This document shows positions 50,338 to 59,781 of a stretch of 64,000 nt of DNA, one piece after another; positions within the stretch are counted from its first letter, which is position 1; every line of letters begins with the position of its first letter. The position numbers were made by a program, and so were the translations under genes. This stretch comes from an uncultured Chloroflexia bacterium (GTDB taxonomy: Bacteria; Chloroflexota; Limnocylindria; Limnocylindrales; CSP1-4). The notes below the pieces were generated by a model. The model made no database searches. It was not told the origin of the DNA and worked only from the letters and a program-made list of their open reading frames with translations. The DNA is taken from contig CAWEYP010000019.1 in NCBI GenBank assembly GCA_963813305.1, positions 130,727 through 194,726 of the forward strand, in the 5' to 3' direction.

Positions 50338-51939
50338 CTACGCCACCCTCCCCTTCTTCGCCTTGAGGAGCTCAAGGGCGGCAAGCCGGCCGTTGGCCGC
50401 CATGATCCCGCCGCCGGGATGGGTCGACGACCCGGCCATCCAGTAGTCGCGGATCGGCGTCCGGTAGCGCGACCAGCCGGGCACCGGGCGGCTGAAGAAG
50501 AGCTGCTCCAGCGAGAGCTCGCCGTGGAAGATGTTGCCCTCGGTCAGGCTCCACTCCTTCTCCATGTCCCAGGGCGTCACCACGTACGTGTCGACGATGA
50601 CGTCCCGCAGGTTCGGGGCGAACTCGCTGATCGTGTCGATGACCGTGTTGCCGAAGGCCTCGCGCTGGTTCTCCCAGTCGGCCGGCCCCTCGGCCAGGTT
50701 GTAGGGCGCGTACTGGACGAAGCAGCTCATCACGTGCTTGCCCGGCGGGGCGACCGAGGGGTCGACGAGCGAGGGGATGACGATGTCGACGTACGGCCGG
50801 CGGCTGAAGCGCCCGTACTTCGCGTCGTCGTAGGCGCGCTCCATGTAGTCGACGGCGGGGCTGATGCTCATCGCGCCGCGGAGGTACTCCGTGCCGCCCG
50901 GGTTGGAGGTGAACGTCGGGAGCGCGTCCAGGGCGAGGTTGACCTTGCCCGAGGAGCCCCGGAACTTGAAGCGCCGGACGGCGGCCTCGAAGTCCTCGGG
51001 CAGGACGCCGGGCTCCAGGAACTGCAGGAAGGTGCGCCGGACGTCGGCCGACGAGACGACCACGCCCGCGTCGATCTCCTCGCCGGTGGCCAGGACGACC
51101 CCGGTCGCCCGGTCGCCGGCCGGGGAGAGGCGGACCTGGGCCACGTCGGCGTCCGTGCGGATCTCGGCGCCGAGGGCGCGGGCGGCGTTGGCGATGGCGT
51201 AGCTGATGGCGCCGGTGCCTCCCTTGTGGAGGCCCCACGCGCGGAAGGCGCCGTCGATCTCGCCCATGTAGTGGTGCAGGAGGACGTACGCCGTCCCCGG
51301 CGAGCGAACCCCGAGGAAGGTGCCGATGATGCCGGACGCCGACATCGTCGCCTTCAGGGGATCGGTCTCGAACCACTGGTCCAGGAAGTCGGCCGCGCTC
51401 ATCGTCATGAGCCCGATGAAGGCCGCCTGCTGGCGCTCGGGGAGCTTCGCGAAGTCGCGCGCCAGGCCCATGACGCCGAGCCACTCGCGGGGGTCGATGG
51501 AGGTCGGGTCGGGCGGGACGAGGCCGAGGATCGGCTTGATGAAGCGGGCCATGTCGGCCATGAGCTGGCCGTATTCCTCGTAGGCGTCGGCGTCGCTCTT
51601 CGACCAGCGGCGGATCTCGCGCATGGTCGCCGCGTGGTCGTCGCGGCGCCACAGGAAGTCGCCCGGCACCGGCGTGAACGTCCCGTCGAGGGGCAGGATC
51701 TCCAGGCCGTGCTTCGGCAGCTCCAGCTCCCGGATGATCTCCGGGCGCAGCAGGCTCACGACGTAGGACAGGACGCTGAACGTGTAGCCCGGGACGATCT
51801 CGTCGCTGGTCGTGGCGCCGCCCAGGATGCGGCGCTTCTCGAGGACCAGCGTCTTCCAGCCGGCCTTCGCCAGGTAGGCGGCGGTCGTCAGGCCGTTGTG
51901 GCCCCCGCCGATGATCACCGCGTCGTAGCGCTCGGCCAC
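50338..51939 (-). CDS. FAD-dependent oxidoreductase, PYROXD2-like
   Basis: IGGGHNGL, SYVVSLLRPEI, FLDQWFETDPLKA...PGTAYVLLHHYMG, GNIFHG and THPGGG. Confidence 0.9.
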   Translation of the reverse strand: MAERYDAVIIGGGHNGLTTAAYLAKAGWKTLVLEKRRILGGATTSDEIVPGYTFSVLSYVVSLLRPEIIRELELPKHGLEILPLDGTFTPVPGDFLWRRDDHAATMREIRRWSKSDADAYEEYGQLMADMARFIKPILGLVPPDPTSIDPREWLGVMGLARDFAKLPERQQAAFIGLMTMSAADFLDQWFETDPLKATMSASGIIGTFLGVRSPGTAYVLLHHYMGEIDGAFRAWGLHKGGTGAISYAIANAARALGAEIRTDADVAQVRLSPAGDRATGVVLATGEEIDAGVVVSSADVRRTFLQFLEPGVLPEDFEAAVRRFKFRGSSGKVNLALDALPTFTSNPGGTEYLRGAMSISPAVDYMERAYDDAKYGRFSRRPYVDIVIPSLVDPSVAPPGKHVMSCFVQYAPYNLAEGPADWENQREAFGNTVIDTISEFAPNLRDVIVDTYVVTPWDMEKEWSLTEGNIFHGELSLEQLFFSRPVPGWSRYRTPIRDYWMAGSSTHPGGGIMAANGRLAALELLKAKKGRVA

Positions 51940-51988
51940 CCGCGTCTCCTCCTTCGTCGTGCGGTTCGGATTCGGTTCGGGCGGCCCG

Positions 51989-53191
51989 CTACGCGCGCTT
52001 GCGCGGCGGGTCGAAGAAGGGCAGGTCGACGACCGTCGCGGAGACGAGCCTCCGCCGGGCCTCGACCGTCCACTCGACCTGGACGCGGCCCCCCGTTCGA
52101 GCGTGGGCGACCCCGACCGACGCGAGGGCGATCATCTTCTTGAGGATCGGGCTCCAGCCGGTGCTGGTGACGCGCCCCACCGGGCGCCCGTTGGCGAGCA
52201 GCGGGACGTGCGCGCGGCTCACGGTGGGCGGGGCGTACGGCGCCAGCCCTTCGGCCGCGTAGAGGACCTCGATGTCGGGCCAGCTGATGTCGAGCCCGAC
52301 GAGGCGGCGTGCCGGGCCGCCGGCGGCGACCTCGGCGACCAGGGCGCGGCGCCCGACGAAGTCGGCCTTGGCGAGGTCGACGAGCTTGCCGAGCCCGATC
52401 TCGTACGGGCTGAAGTTCTGGGCCGGGATGTGGGAGTGGACCGCGCTCGTGTAGTCGACTTCGATGAGGACCAGGCCGGCCTCGAGGCGCGTCACGTCGA
52501 GGGCCAGCATCCCCGCCGGGCGGATCCGGTACGGCTCGCCGGCCGCGACCAGGGCGTCCCAGGCAGCGACGGCCCGATCGGCCGGGATCCAGAGCTCGTA
52601 GCCGAGGTCGCCCGTGTAGCCGGTGCGGGACACGTCGACCGCGACGCCGCCCAGGTTCGAGGCCCGGCGCCGGAAGTAGCGCAGCTCGCCGAAGTCCTCG
52701 CCGGAGGCCGCCTCGAGCACCTTGCGCGCGAGCGGCCCCTGGAGGGCGATCGCGGCGTCGCGCTCGCTGACGTCCGCGATGTCCACGTCGAGGCCGTGGG
52801 CGTTGAGGTGCAGCCAGCGGTACTGCGGGTCCGCCGCGGTCCAGCGGATCACCTGCCCGCCGTCGGCGTCGTCGAGACGGTGGATGGTCCCGTCGTCGAT
52901 GACCTTCCCGTGCTCGTCGCACCAGGGCGTGTAGAAGACCCGGCCCGGCGTCAGCTTCGTCGCATCGCGGGTGATCAGCCGGTCGACGAGGCGGAGGGCG
53001 TCGGGGCCGCGGAGCTCGTACTTGAAGAGCGGGCTGACGTCGATGAGGGCGGCCGCCTCGCGGATCGCGTTGTACTCGATGACGTGGCTGTCGTGGTACT
53101 CGCTCGCGGCGAAGAAGCCGGACCATTCGCGCCACTGCATCCTCGCGTTGAGGGGCGCGGTCCGCGGATGGAATGCGGTCCCGACCGTCAC
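51989..53191 (-). CDS. GcvT-like aminomethyltransferase family protein
   Basis: EYNAIREAAALIDVSPL, YTPWCDEHGKVIDDG, SRTGYTGDLGYELW and RLEAG. Confidence 0.92.
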   Translation of the reverse strand: MTVGTAFHPRTAPLNARMQWREWSGFFAASEYHDSHVIEYNAIREAAALIDVSPLFKYELRGPDALRLVDRLITRDATKLTPGRVFYTPWCDEHGKVIDDGTIHRLDDADGGQVIRWTAADPQYRWLHLNAHGLDVDIADVSERDAAIALQGPLARKVLEAASGEDFGELRYFRRRASNLGGVAVDVSRTGYTGDLGYELWIPADRAVAAWDALVAAGEPYRIRPAGMLALDVTRLEAGLVLIEVDYTSAVHSHIPAQNFSPYEIGLGKLVDLAKADFVGRRALVAEVAAGGPARRLVGLDISWPDIEVLYAAEGLAPYAPPTVSRAHVPLLANGRPVGRVTSTGWSPILKKMIALASVGVAHARTGGRVQVEWTVEARRRLVSATVVDLPFFDPPRKRA

Positions 53192-53253
53192 GTCACATGC
53201 TCCTCCGCTGGGCACCGGCGCACGGCCGGATCTTCTGGGCGTGCGCGCCATTG

Positions 53254-53271
53254 TGCATGAAATCCTATGCA
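53254..53271. promoter_or_regulatory. Palindromic operator upstream of the GcvT-like gene
   Basis: TGCAT-N8-ATGCA in an AT-rich patch, overlapping a minus-strand -10-like CACAAT. Confidence 0.5.
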
Positions 53272-53310
53272 GGCCGGATGAAGCGCGGCTGGGTGCTCGG
53301 GCGCGTCAGC

Positions 53311-53707
53311 TCAGGCGGCGTCCGCCTCGTAGGCCAGCACCGGGACGCCCATGCGCACGAAGTCGTCCGGGTTGCGGGTCACGACTCGTCGCGCCGAGCG
53401 ACCATGCGACCGCGGCGATCAGGGCATCGCCGAGCGTCCGGGGGCCCGCCGCGCCGCGCAGCCGCCGCGCCTCGCCGGCCCACTTCGCAGCCGCGGGATC
53501 GGCGGCGACATACTCGACCGCATCGATCAGGTTGCCGATGATCCGACGTTCCCCCTCCGTGCCCTTCGAGAGCGCCTCGGCCACGACCGCGTCGCAGACA
53601 AGCAGTTCGTCAGCTTCCTCGAACAGGCGCCGGACGGTCGCGACGGCGCCCGGCAGGTTGATCGAGTAGTCGACCAGGAGCGTCGTGTCCAGGAGCTTCG
53701 GGGGCAT
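53311..53707 (-). CDS. VapC-like PIN-domain toxin (indel near 53385)
   Basis: LLDTTLLVD, VVAEAL, LGDALIAA and, after the shift, TRNPDDF..MGV. RBS GGAGG. Confidence 0.88.
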
Positions 53708-53987
53708 CGTTCCTCCGTTCGTCCCACAGGGCATCGACGTGTGGCCGATCCCAGCTGGCCCGGATCTCCTTCAGCGTCGCCAGGACCTCCTCCGGCGTGG
53801 TGCCCCAGGTCGTGGAGCCCTCGAGCGCGCCGCGGTTCTCCTCCCAGACCTTCTTCATGCGGTCACGCTTCGCCTGCCTGAGCAGCACCGCGGCGATCCA
53901 GGCGCTGCGGCCGCGCGGGCCGGCAACCTCGTCGATGATCGCGAGGGTCTCGGCGGGAAGCGTGATGTTCGTGCGAACCAGCGGCAT
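53610..53987 (-). CDS. VapB-like ribbon-helix-helix antitoxin (3' end uncertain)
   Basis: VRTNITLPAETLAIIDEVAGPRGRSAWIAA (RHH), directly upstream of the PIN gene. Confidence 0.8.
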   Translation of the reverse strand: MPLVRTNITLPAETLAIIDEVAGPRGRSAWIAAVLLRQAKRDRMKKVWEENRGALEGSTTWGTTPEEVLATLKEIRASWDRPHVDALWDERRNDAPEAPGHDAPGRLLDQPAGRRRDRPAPVRGS

Positions 53988-54020
53988 TGAGGACCTCGGT
54001 GTGCCGCGCAGTGTTCATCT

Positions 54021-54044
54021 GCGTGTGTCAAGCCTAGCACACGC
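54021..54044. promoter_or_regulatory. vapBC promoter/operator
   Basis: GCGTGTG-N10-CACACGC inverted repeat enclosing a minus-strand extended -10 (TGcTAGGCT). Confidence 0.55.
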
Positions 54045-54050
54045 GGTCCT

Positions 54051-55613
54051 TCACCTCCACAGCTCCGCCTGGCGCTTCCGGTTCGCCCGCCCCGTCCGTG
54101 TCCTCGCGCCCCGCCCGCGATCCGCCAGGGCCAGGGAGACGAGCATCAGCTCGTTGACCTTGCGCTCGAACTCGGGCACCGTCGCCTCCGGGATCGTCAC
54201 GCACACCTCACGGAGCGCCGTCTCGAGCTGGTACCAGAGGTCGCCACGCCGGACCTCGTAGAGCGGGTAGGCGCTGTTGATGACGACCCTGCGGACGCCG
54301 TCTTCCTCGACCAGGGCGCTGCGCAGCCGGGGATCCAGGCTTCGAACGACCACCTCGGCCGCTCCGCGGCGACGTGCAGCCCCGGCGCCCCCGGCGGCTC
54401 CGTCGCGGGGAAGTCGGGGAGCCCCTTCGCGCGTCGCCGTCGTATCCGCACCGGTTGGCCCGTCGCCAGCTGCGCCGCGTTCGTTCGCTTCGTCCGGCTT
54501 CTCCGAAGGTCGACGCACTCCCTCCAGCGCGAGCTGGCCCCCGGGGCCGTCCTCACCCACCGGCACCTCCGATTCGAAGAGCCGCCCTTCCTCCAGGAGC
54601 CGAAGGGCCTTCGCGAGAATGCGCCGCACCTGGTGGGCTGTGCGCAGTGCCTCCGGCGTGACGGATGACGCCGGCTCGCGGGTCAGGCGACGGACCGGGG
54701 TCGCCAGCAACACGTGCAGCCGCGCTTCCACCGCAACCCACGCTGCGCTGCCCCGGTCGACATCGGCCTTGTTCATGGTGACCGGCACGTGCGGCAGCTC
54801 GATGGCTCCGACCAGGCGATTGAGAGCCGGGTGTGCCGCAGGAGTCGGGTGGCCGAGCCACTCCGGGGAGCCGATGAGTCGGCCCAGGTGGTAGAGGCGC
54901 ACGCCGCCTTCGGGGGCGCCGGGCCCCGGCGGCTCGGGCAGGAGTCCCCACCAGCCGCGCACAATCCGGCCGCCGGCCCGAACGGCCACGTCGTGGCGCT
55001 CGGCGAGCTCCCAGGATCGCGGCACCACCGGGCCGCGGTTCACCGTCAGCCGGACCGCACCGGCTTCCAGCAGCGGCCGGTAGACCTCGGCGAGGCGGTC
55101 TCGCAGCCGGCGCGCATCGACCGCCCGGTCCATCTCGCCGATCTCGATGCGGACATAGCCGAGCGCAGACTCGACGGGCTTCTTCCGGGGATGAAGCTCA
55201 TACGTGCGCAGGCGGGCCCGATCGCGGTAGGCCGGGTCGTCGAAGCCGAACGCGTGGTCATCGCCAGCAGCCGAGGCCACGACCTCGAAGCGGTTGCCGA
55301 GATGCCCGATCGCTGCCTTGCCGCCCTGGCCATAGCGCCCGATGCGCTGGCCGGACTTCTTCGACGATACGCCCCAGCGCAGGTAGTCACGCTCGATCGC
55401 TGCCGGTCCCATCCCACTGCCCCCGACGGCAGTGATCACAAGGCGTCCCGGGTGGACGCCGAGGTCGAGCTCGAGCGGTCGCCCGTCCACCCGGCTGTCC
55501 ACCGCGTTGTCAACGAGCTCGAGGATCGCTTCGATCGGCGACCGGTAGTTCGCGAAGAGCGCGCCGGTCAAGCGCGGGTCGATGCGTTCTCGGACGACGC
55601 GGCGGGATGTCAC
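54051..55613 (-). CDS. GHKL ATPase, MORC/HATPase_c_3-like, with S5-like domain
   Basis: ILELVDNAVDS, GSGM, IGRYGQGGK, then GGVRLYHLGRLI...LVGAIEL..VPVTMNK and C-terminal VVINSAYPLY. Confidence 0.82.
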   Translation of the reverse strand: MTSRRVVRERIDPRLTGALFANYRSPIEAILELVDNAVDSRVDGRPLELDLGVHPGRLVITAVGGSGMGPAAIERDYLRWGVSSKKSGQRIGRYGQGGKAAIGHLGNRFEVVASAAGDDHAFGFDDPAYRDRARLRTYELHPRKKPVESALGYVRIEIGEMDRAVDARRLRDRLAEVYRPLLEAGAVRLTVNRGPVVPRSWELAERHDVAVRAGGRIVRGWWGLLPEPPGPGAPEGGVRLYHLGRLIGSPEWLGHPTPAAHPALNRLVGAIELPHVPVTMNKADVDRGSAAWVAVEARLHVLLATPVRRLTREPASSVTPEALRTAHQVRRILAKALRLLEEGRLFESEVPVGEDGPGGQLALEGVRRPSEKPDEANERGAAGDGPTGADTTATREGAPRLPRDGAAGGAGAARRRGAAEVVVRSLDPRLRSALVEEDGVRRVVINSAYPLYEVRRGDLWYQLETALREVCVTIPEATVPEFERKVNELMLVSLALADRGRGARTRTGRANRKRQAELWR

Positions 55614-55637
55614 GTGCCCCTCGTGATTCGTCGTGCG

Positions 55638-56344
55638 CTACTCGCCGACCTTGATGAACGCCGCCGTGTACCCGGCGAGCGTCGGGCCGTCCATGCCGGT
55701 CCCGCGCGCCTCCCAGCTGAGGCCGGCGCCACCGTCGGCGAAGACCAGCCACGCCCCGCCGCCGGCGTCGACCAGGCGGGCCGGCCGGCCGCCGAACGAC
55801 GCTGTGCCGGCGTCGGGGCCGGCGGGACGCAGCCGGTCTGCCCGGCGCAGTAGTGCCCCTCGCGGATCGCAAGCCGCTGGCCGCCGGGCCCCTTGTACGA
55901 GATCTCCATCGTGCCGCCGCCGGAGAGGCGGAAGGCGCCGGTGTCGACGAACCAGCCCGCGGGCAGGACGGGGCAGTAGACGTCCCAGGCCACGTCGGCC
56001 GCGACCCCGGCGTAGAACGCCCGGTTGTCGTCGCTGCCGGTGCAGTCGGCGGCTGCCGGCGACGCGGTTGGACGGGGCGATTTGGTCGGTTCGCCGGGCG
56101 ATTCCGTGGGCTCGCCGGGCGTCGCCTCCTCCGTGGGGGTCGCCTCCTGGGTCGGCTCCTCCGTGGGCTCCTCGCTCGGGGTCGGCTCGGCCGTCGGCGC
56201 GGACGGCGAGGGCGCGGGCGTCGGCGCTGACGTGGAGCCTGGCGAGGGCGTGGCCGTGCCGCCACACGCGGCAACGAGCAGGGCCACGATGGCGAGGGCT
56301 GCGATCGCGCGCCGGGCACCGCGCGCCTCGATGGCTGGGGTCAC
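55638..56344 (-). CDS. Lipoprotein with Pro/Thr/Glu-rich linker and Cys-containing C-terminal domain (indel near 55820)
   Basis: Lipobox LVAAC and PTEEPTQEATPTEEATPGEP linker. ORFs 55610..56344 and 55638..56267 join. Confidence 0.7.
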
Positions 56345-56376
56345 GGGTCCAGCCTAGCGGGGCGAGGTGCGTGCGG

Positions 56377-57205
56377 TCAACGCACCACGTCGGACGGGGC
56401 GCCCGCCGGGCCCCCGGCGTGCGCGAGGTCGACGCCGAAGACGCTCCGCACCCGCTCGCGCGTCAGCACGGCATCGGGCGGGCCGTCGGCCACGACCCGG
56501 CCGCCATCGAGCACGACGAGGCGCGGGAAGAAGTGGCGCGCCAGCGCCAGGTCGTGGAGGACGGCGAGGATCGTGGTGCCGTCCCGGGCGTTGAGATCGG
56601 CCAGGAGCTCCATGACCGCGACCTGGTGGCGCAGGTCGAGATGGACGGTCGGCTCGTCGAGGACGAGGAGCGGCGCGGCCTGGGCGACCGCCAGCGCCAC
56701 GAGCACGAGCTGGCGTTCGCCGAGGGAGAGCTCGCGGGCGTCGCGGCCGCGGAGCCGGTCGATCCCGACCCGCGAGATCGCCGCGTCGACCGCGGCGAGG
56801 TCCGCGGCGCGCGGGCCCCGGATCGGGTCCTCGTGGGGGAGCCGGCCGAGGGCGACGACCTCCTCGACGCGGGTCGAGAACGGGATGCTCGCCTGGCCGG
56901 GGACCGCCGCGAGGCGGCGGGCGATCGCCGGCCGGTCGAGCGACGCGACGGCGTCGCCTCCGAGCATGACCCGGCCGCTGCGCGGGACCACAAGCCCGGC
57001 CAGGACCCGGAGCAGGGTGGACTTCCCGGCGCCGTTCGGTCCGACCAGGGCGACCCGCTCGCCGGGGGCGATCGCGAGGTCGATGCCGCGCAGGACCGTC
57101 CGGTCGCGGTAGGCCACGACCACGTCCTCGAGGAGCGCGATCGGCGCCGGCCCAGCGGGCGGCCGCACGTCGAGCGCAGGGTTCGCCGCGCACGATCGCG
57201 GTCAC
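56377..57205 (-). CDS. ABC transporter ATPase, FecE/BtuD-like
   Basis: GPNGAGKST, LSLGERQ, LDEPTVHLD and VLHDL. Confidence 0.92.
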
Positions 57206-58281
57206 AGCTCGTACCCGCCGCGCGCCGAGCGCAGGAGGGCCAGGAAGAACGGCGCCCCGATGACGGCGGTCACGACGCCCACCGGGATCTCGCCGAGGAG
57301 GCGCGCCACCAGGTCGGCGGCCACGAGAAGGACGGCGCCCAGGATCGCGCTGAGGGGCAGCACGTTGCGCGCGTTCGGCCCGACGACGAGGCGCACGAGG
57401 TGCGGCGCGACGAGGCCGACGAACCCGATCAGGCCCGACACGGCCACCGCCGCGGCCGTGACGAGCGTGGCCAGGCCGAGCAGGATCCGGCGCTCCCGGC
57501 GGACGTCGATCCCGAGGTGCGCGGCGGCCTCCTCGCCCAGCAGGAGGCCGTTGAGCGACCGGGCCCGGAGCAGGATCGCGATGCTGCCGCCGATCACGAG
57601 CGGGGCCGCGATCGCCGAGGCGCATCCACGAGGCACCCTCGAGGCCGCCGAGCAGGAAGGCGAAGATCTGGCGCAGGTTGGCCCCCGACAGGTACATCGT
57701 CATCGCCAGGCCAGCGGCCAGGAGCGAGCCGACGGCGTAGCCGGTCAGCAGGAGGCCCGTCAGCGGCGCCAGGGGACCGCCGCGTCCCAGGCGATAGACG
57801 ACGGCAACGGCCGCGACCGCGCCGGCGAAGGCGAACACGTTGAGGAGCCCGACCCCGAGGAGCGCGACCCGGACCGGGATGAGCACCGCGATCGCCGCGC
57901 CGAGGGCGGCGCCGGACGCCGTCCCCAGCACGTACGGGTCGGCCAGCGGGTTGCGGAGGAGCCCCTGGAACGTGACGCCGGCGACCGCCAGGCCGGCGCC
58001 GACGACGACCGCCGTGAGGACGCGCGGGAGCCGGAGCTCCGTGACGATCGTCTCGGCGGCCGGGCGTCCACGTCCGCTCGACCGGCAGGCCGATGGCGCG
58101 GAGGAGGATGCCGATCGTGTCCCCGGGCGCGATGGAGACGCTGCCGGCGGCGATCCCGACCACGACCACCGCGGCGAGGACGAGGAGCCCGAGCGACGAC
58201 CAGGACGGCCGGACGGGGCCCGCCGGCGGGGCGCCGGACGCGCACCCGCCCGAGCGCCAGGCTCCGGCCGCCGATCGTCAT
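57202..58281 (-). CDS. FecCD/BtuC-type permease (several indels)
   Basis: LRLPRVL, FQGLLRNPLADPYVLG, LLLGEEAAAHLG, IGFVGLVAPH and EIPVGVVTAVIGAPFFL. Confidence 0.92.
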
Positions 58282-58290
58282 CCCGGTCCC

Positions 58291-59359
58291 CTACCCGCCG
58301 GTCGCCGGCACCGACGGCAGCGGAGCCGCCGGATCGATGGCCAGCGCCAGGGCCCGCAGGCCCTCCGACCAGGCGCGGGCCCGGCCGCGTCACGACCACG
58401 TCGTCGACGGGACGGATCGCGCCGGACTTCACCGCGGTCATGCCGCCCCAGCCGGGACGGGCCGCGACCTGCTCGGCCGTCGCCGCCGTAGGCGGCGTCG
58501 CCGAGGACGATCACCTCGGGATCGGCCGTCGACCAGCGTCTCCAGCGGGATCGAGAAGACCGTCGGGCTGCCGGTCGTGATCGGCTCGCCGCCGGCGAGG
58601 GTGATCATCTCGGCGTACAGCGACTCCGCGGCGGGGCCGTAGATCGTGCCCTGGTACAGGTCGAGCTCGTAGAAGACGCGCGGCCGCGGGCCCCCGGCCG
58701 CCGCGATGCCGCTCGCGATCGCGTCGATGTCGGTCCGCATCGCGCCGGCGAGCTCCGTGCCCGCTGCGCCCTCGCCGGCCGCCGTGGCGACGAGCTCGAT
58801 GTCCGCGAGGACGGTCGCCACGTCGGGCGCGTAGACGACGAGCACCGGGATCCCGACCGAGCGGAGCTTCGTGAGCGCCTCCGGGCTGTTGAAGCCGTTG
58901 CCGCCGGCGAGGACGAGGTCGGCTTCGAGGCCGACGATCTTCTCGACGTCGATCGCGCCCTGGGTCGACCACGCGGGTGATCGCCTTGGCCGCGGCGGGG
59001 TGGTCGTCGGCGTCCGTGGCGCCGACGACGCGATCCCCGGCACCGACGGCAAAGAGGATCTCGGTCGTGGCGGGCGTCAGCGAGACGATCCGCGCCGGCC
59101 GGGCCGGCAGGGTGACCGCCGTCCCCTCGTCGTCGGTGAGGGTCATCGGGTAGGTCGCCGCCGCGGGGGTGACGGACGGCGTCGGGGTCGCGGTCGCGGC
59201 GGGAGTGGCGGTGGCGGCGGGAGTGGCGGTCGTGGCCGGCGACGTCGTCGCGGCACCGCCGCACCCGGCCAGCATGGTGAGGGCCACGACGAGCGCGACG
59301 AGGGTCGCGATCGCGGGCGGAGTGGCGGCGCGGGCGCGCCGGGACGGGAAGTGACGCAT
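58291..59359 (-). CDS. Cobalamin-binding lipoprotein, BtuF-like (indels)
   Basis: Lipobox LAGC, YPMTLTDDEG, RIVSLTPATTEILFAVG, DVEKIV and RPGPR. Lies downstream of a B12 riboswitch. Confidence 0.88.
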
Positions 59360-59484
59360 GGGGAACCTCGCTGTCGGGATCGGAGGAAGCGGGCGCGCCG
59401 GGCGCGCCGACGGACGCGAGGTCCTAGGTGACGGTGTACACGCCTGCCTGCCCCTTTCTCTCGAGGGTGTGAGCGGCTGCACCG

Positions 59485-59585
59485 TGGGGCCGGCGACCGG
59501 ACTTCCGTCCCGGAGGGGACGGTCACCGTAGCGGGACTGTGCCGGATTCGCACCGGCTTCGCGACCACGCGGTGGGTCTGGATGA
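59485..59585 (-). ncRNA. Cobalamin riboswitch, compact form
   Basis: Minus strand GCGAAGCCGGTGCGAATCCGGCACAGTCCCGCTACGGTGA-CCGTCCC(ctcc)GGGACGG-AAGTCCGGTCGCCGGCCC matches the P4 T-loop, P5/P6 and B12-box layout. It lies upstream of btuF-like, with an extended -10 TGcTACGCT just upstream. Confidence 0.88.
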
Positions 59586-59624
59586 CGGGCGGAGCGTAGC
59601 ACGGCCGGGCTGGACGGGAGGGGG

Positions 59625-59652
59625 CCGAACGGCCCGGATTCGGTCCGTTCGG
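59625..59652. promoter_or_regulatory. Near-perfect 12-bp inverted repeat between divergent transcription units
   Basis: CCGAACGGCCCG-gatt-CGGTCCGTTCGG, 11 of 12 paired. Confidence 0.5.
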
Positions 59653-59781
59653 GCTTGCCACGGGGCAGCGTAAGCCGCCGATAAGTGCCGCCCGGCAGAC
59701 TCCGTCGGAGCGGCGTCGTCCGGCGCCGCAGGCCCCGCCTCCTCCCGCCCAGGCACGCCCCGCCGGAGGAGGTCTCACCAG

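Noticed and set aside
48709-51939. Carotenoid desaturases (crtI/crtO)
   Set aside because: There is no crtB/crtE nearby, the motifs match PYROXD2 better, and the neighbour is GcvT-like.
48754-52143. 1129-aa plus-strand ORF, and similar ones at 27629..30784 and 59143..61809
   Set aside because: These are antisense shadows of well-supported genes. They are Arg/Gly/Pro-rich with no motifs, as expected at this GC content.
56070-56230. PTEE/TPGE low-complexity repeats, also in LCP, btuF and anti-sigma linkers
   Set aside because: These are ordinary Pro/Ser/Thr stalks of exported proteins.
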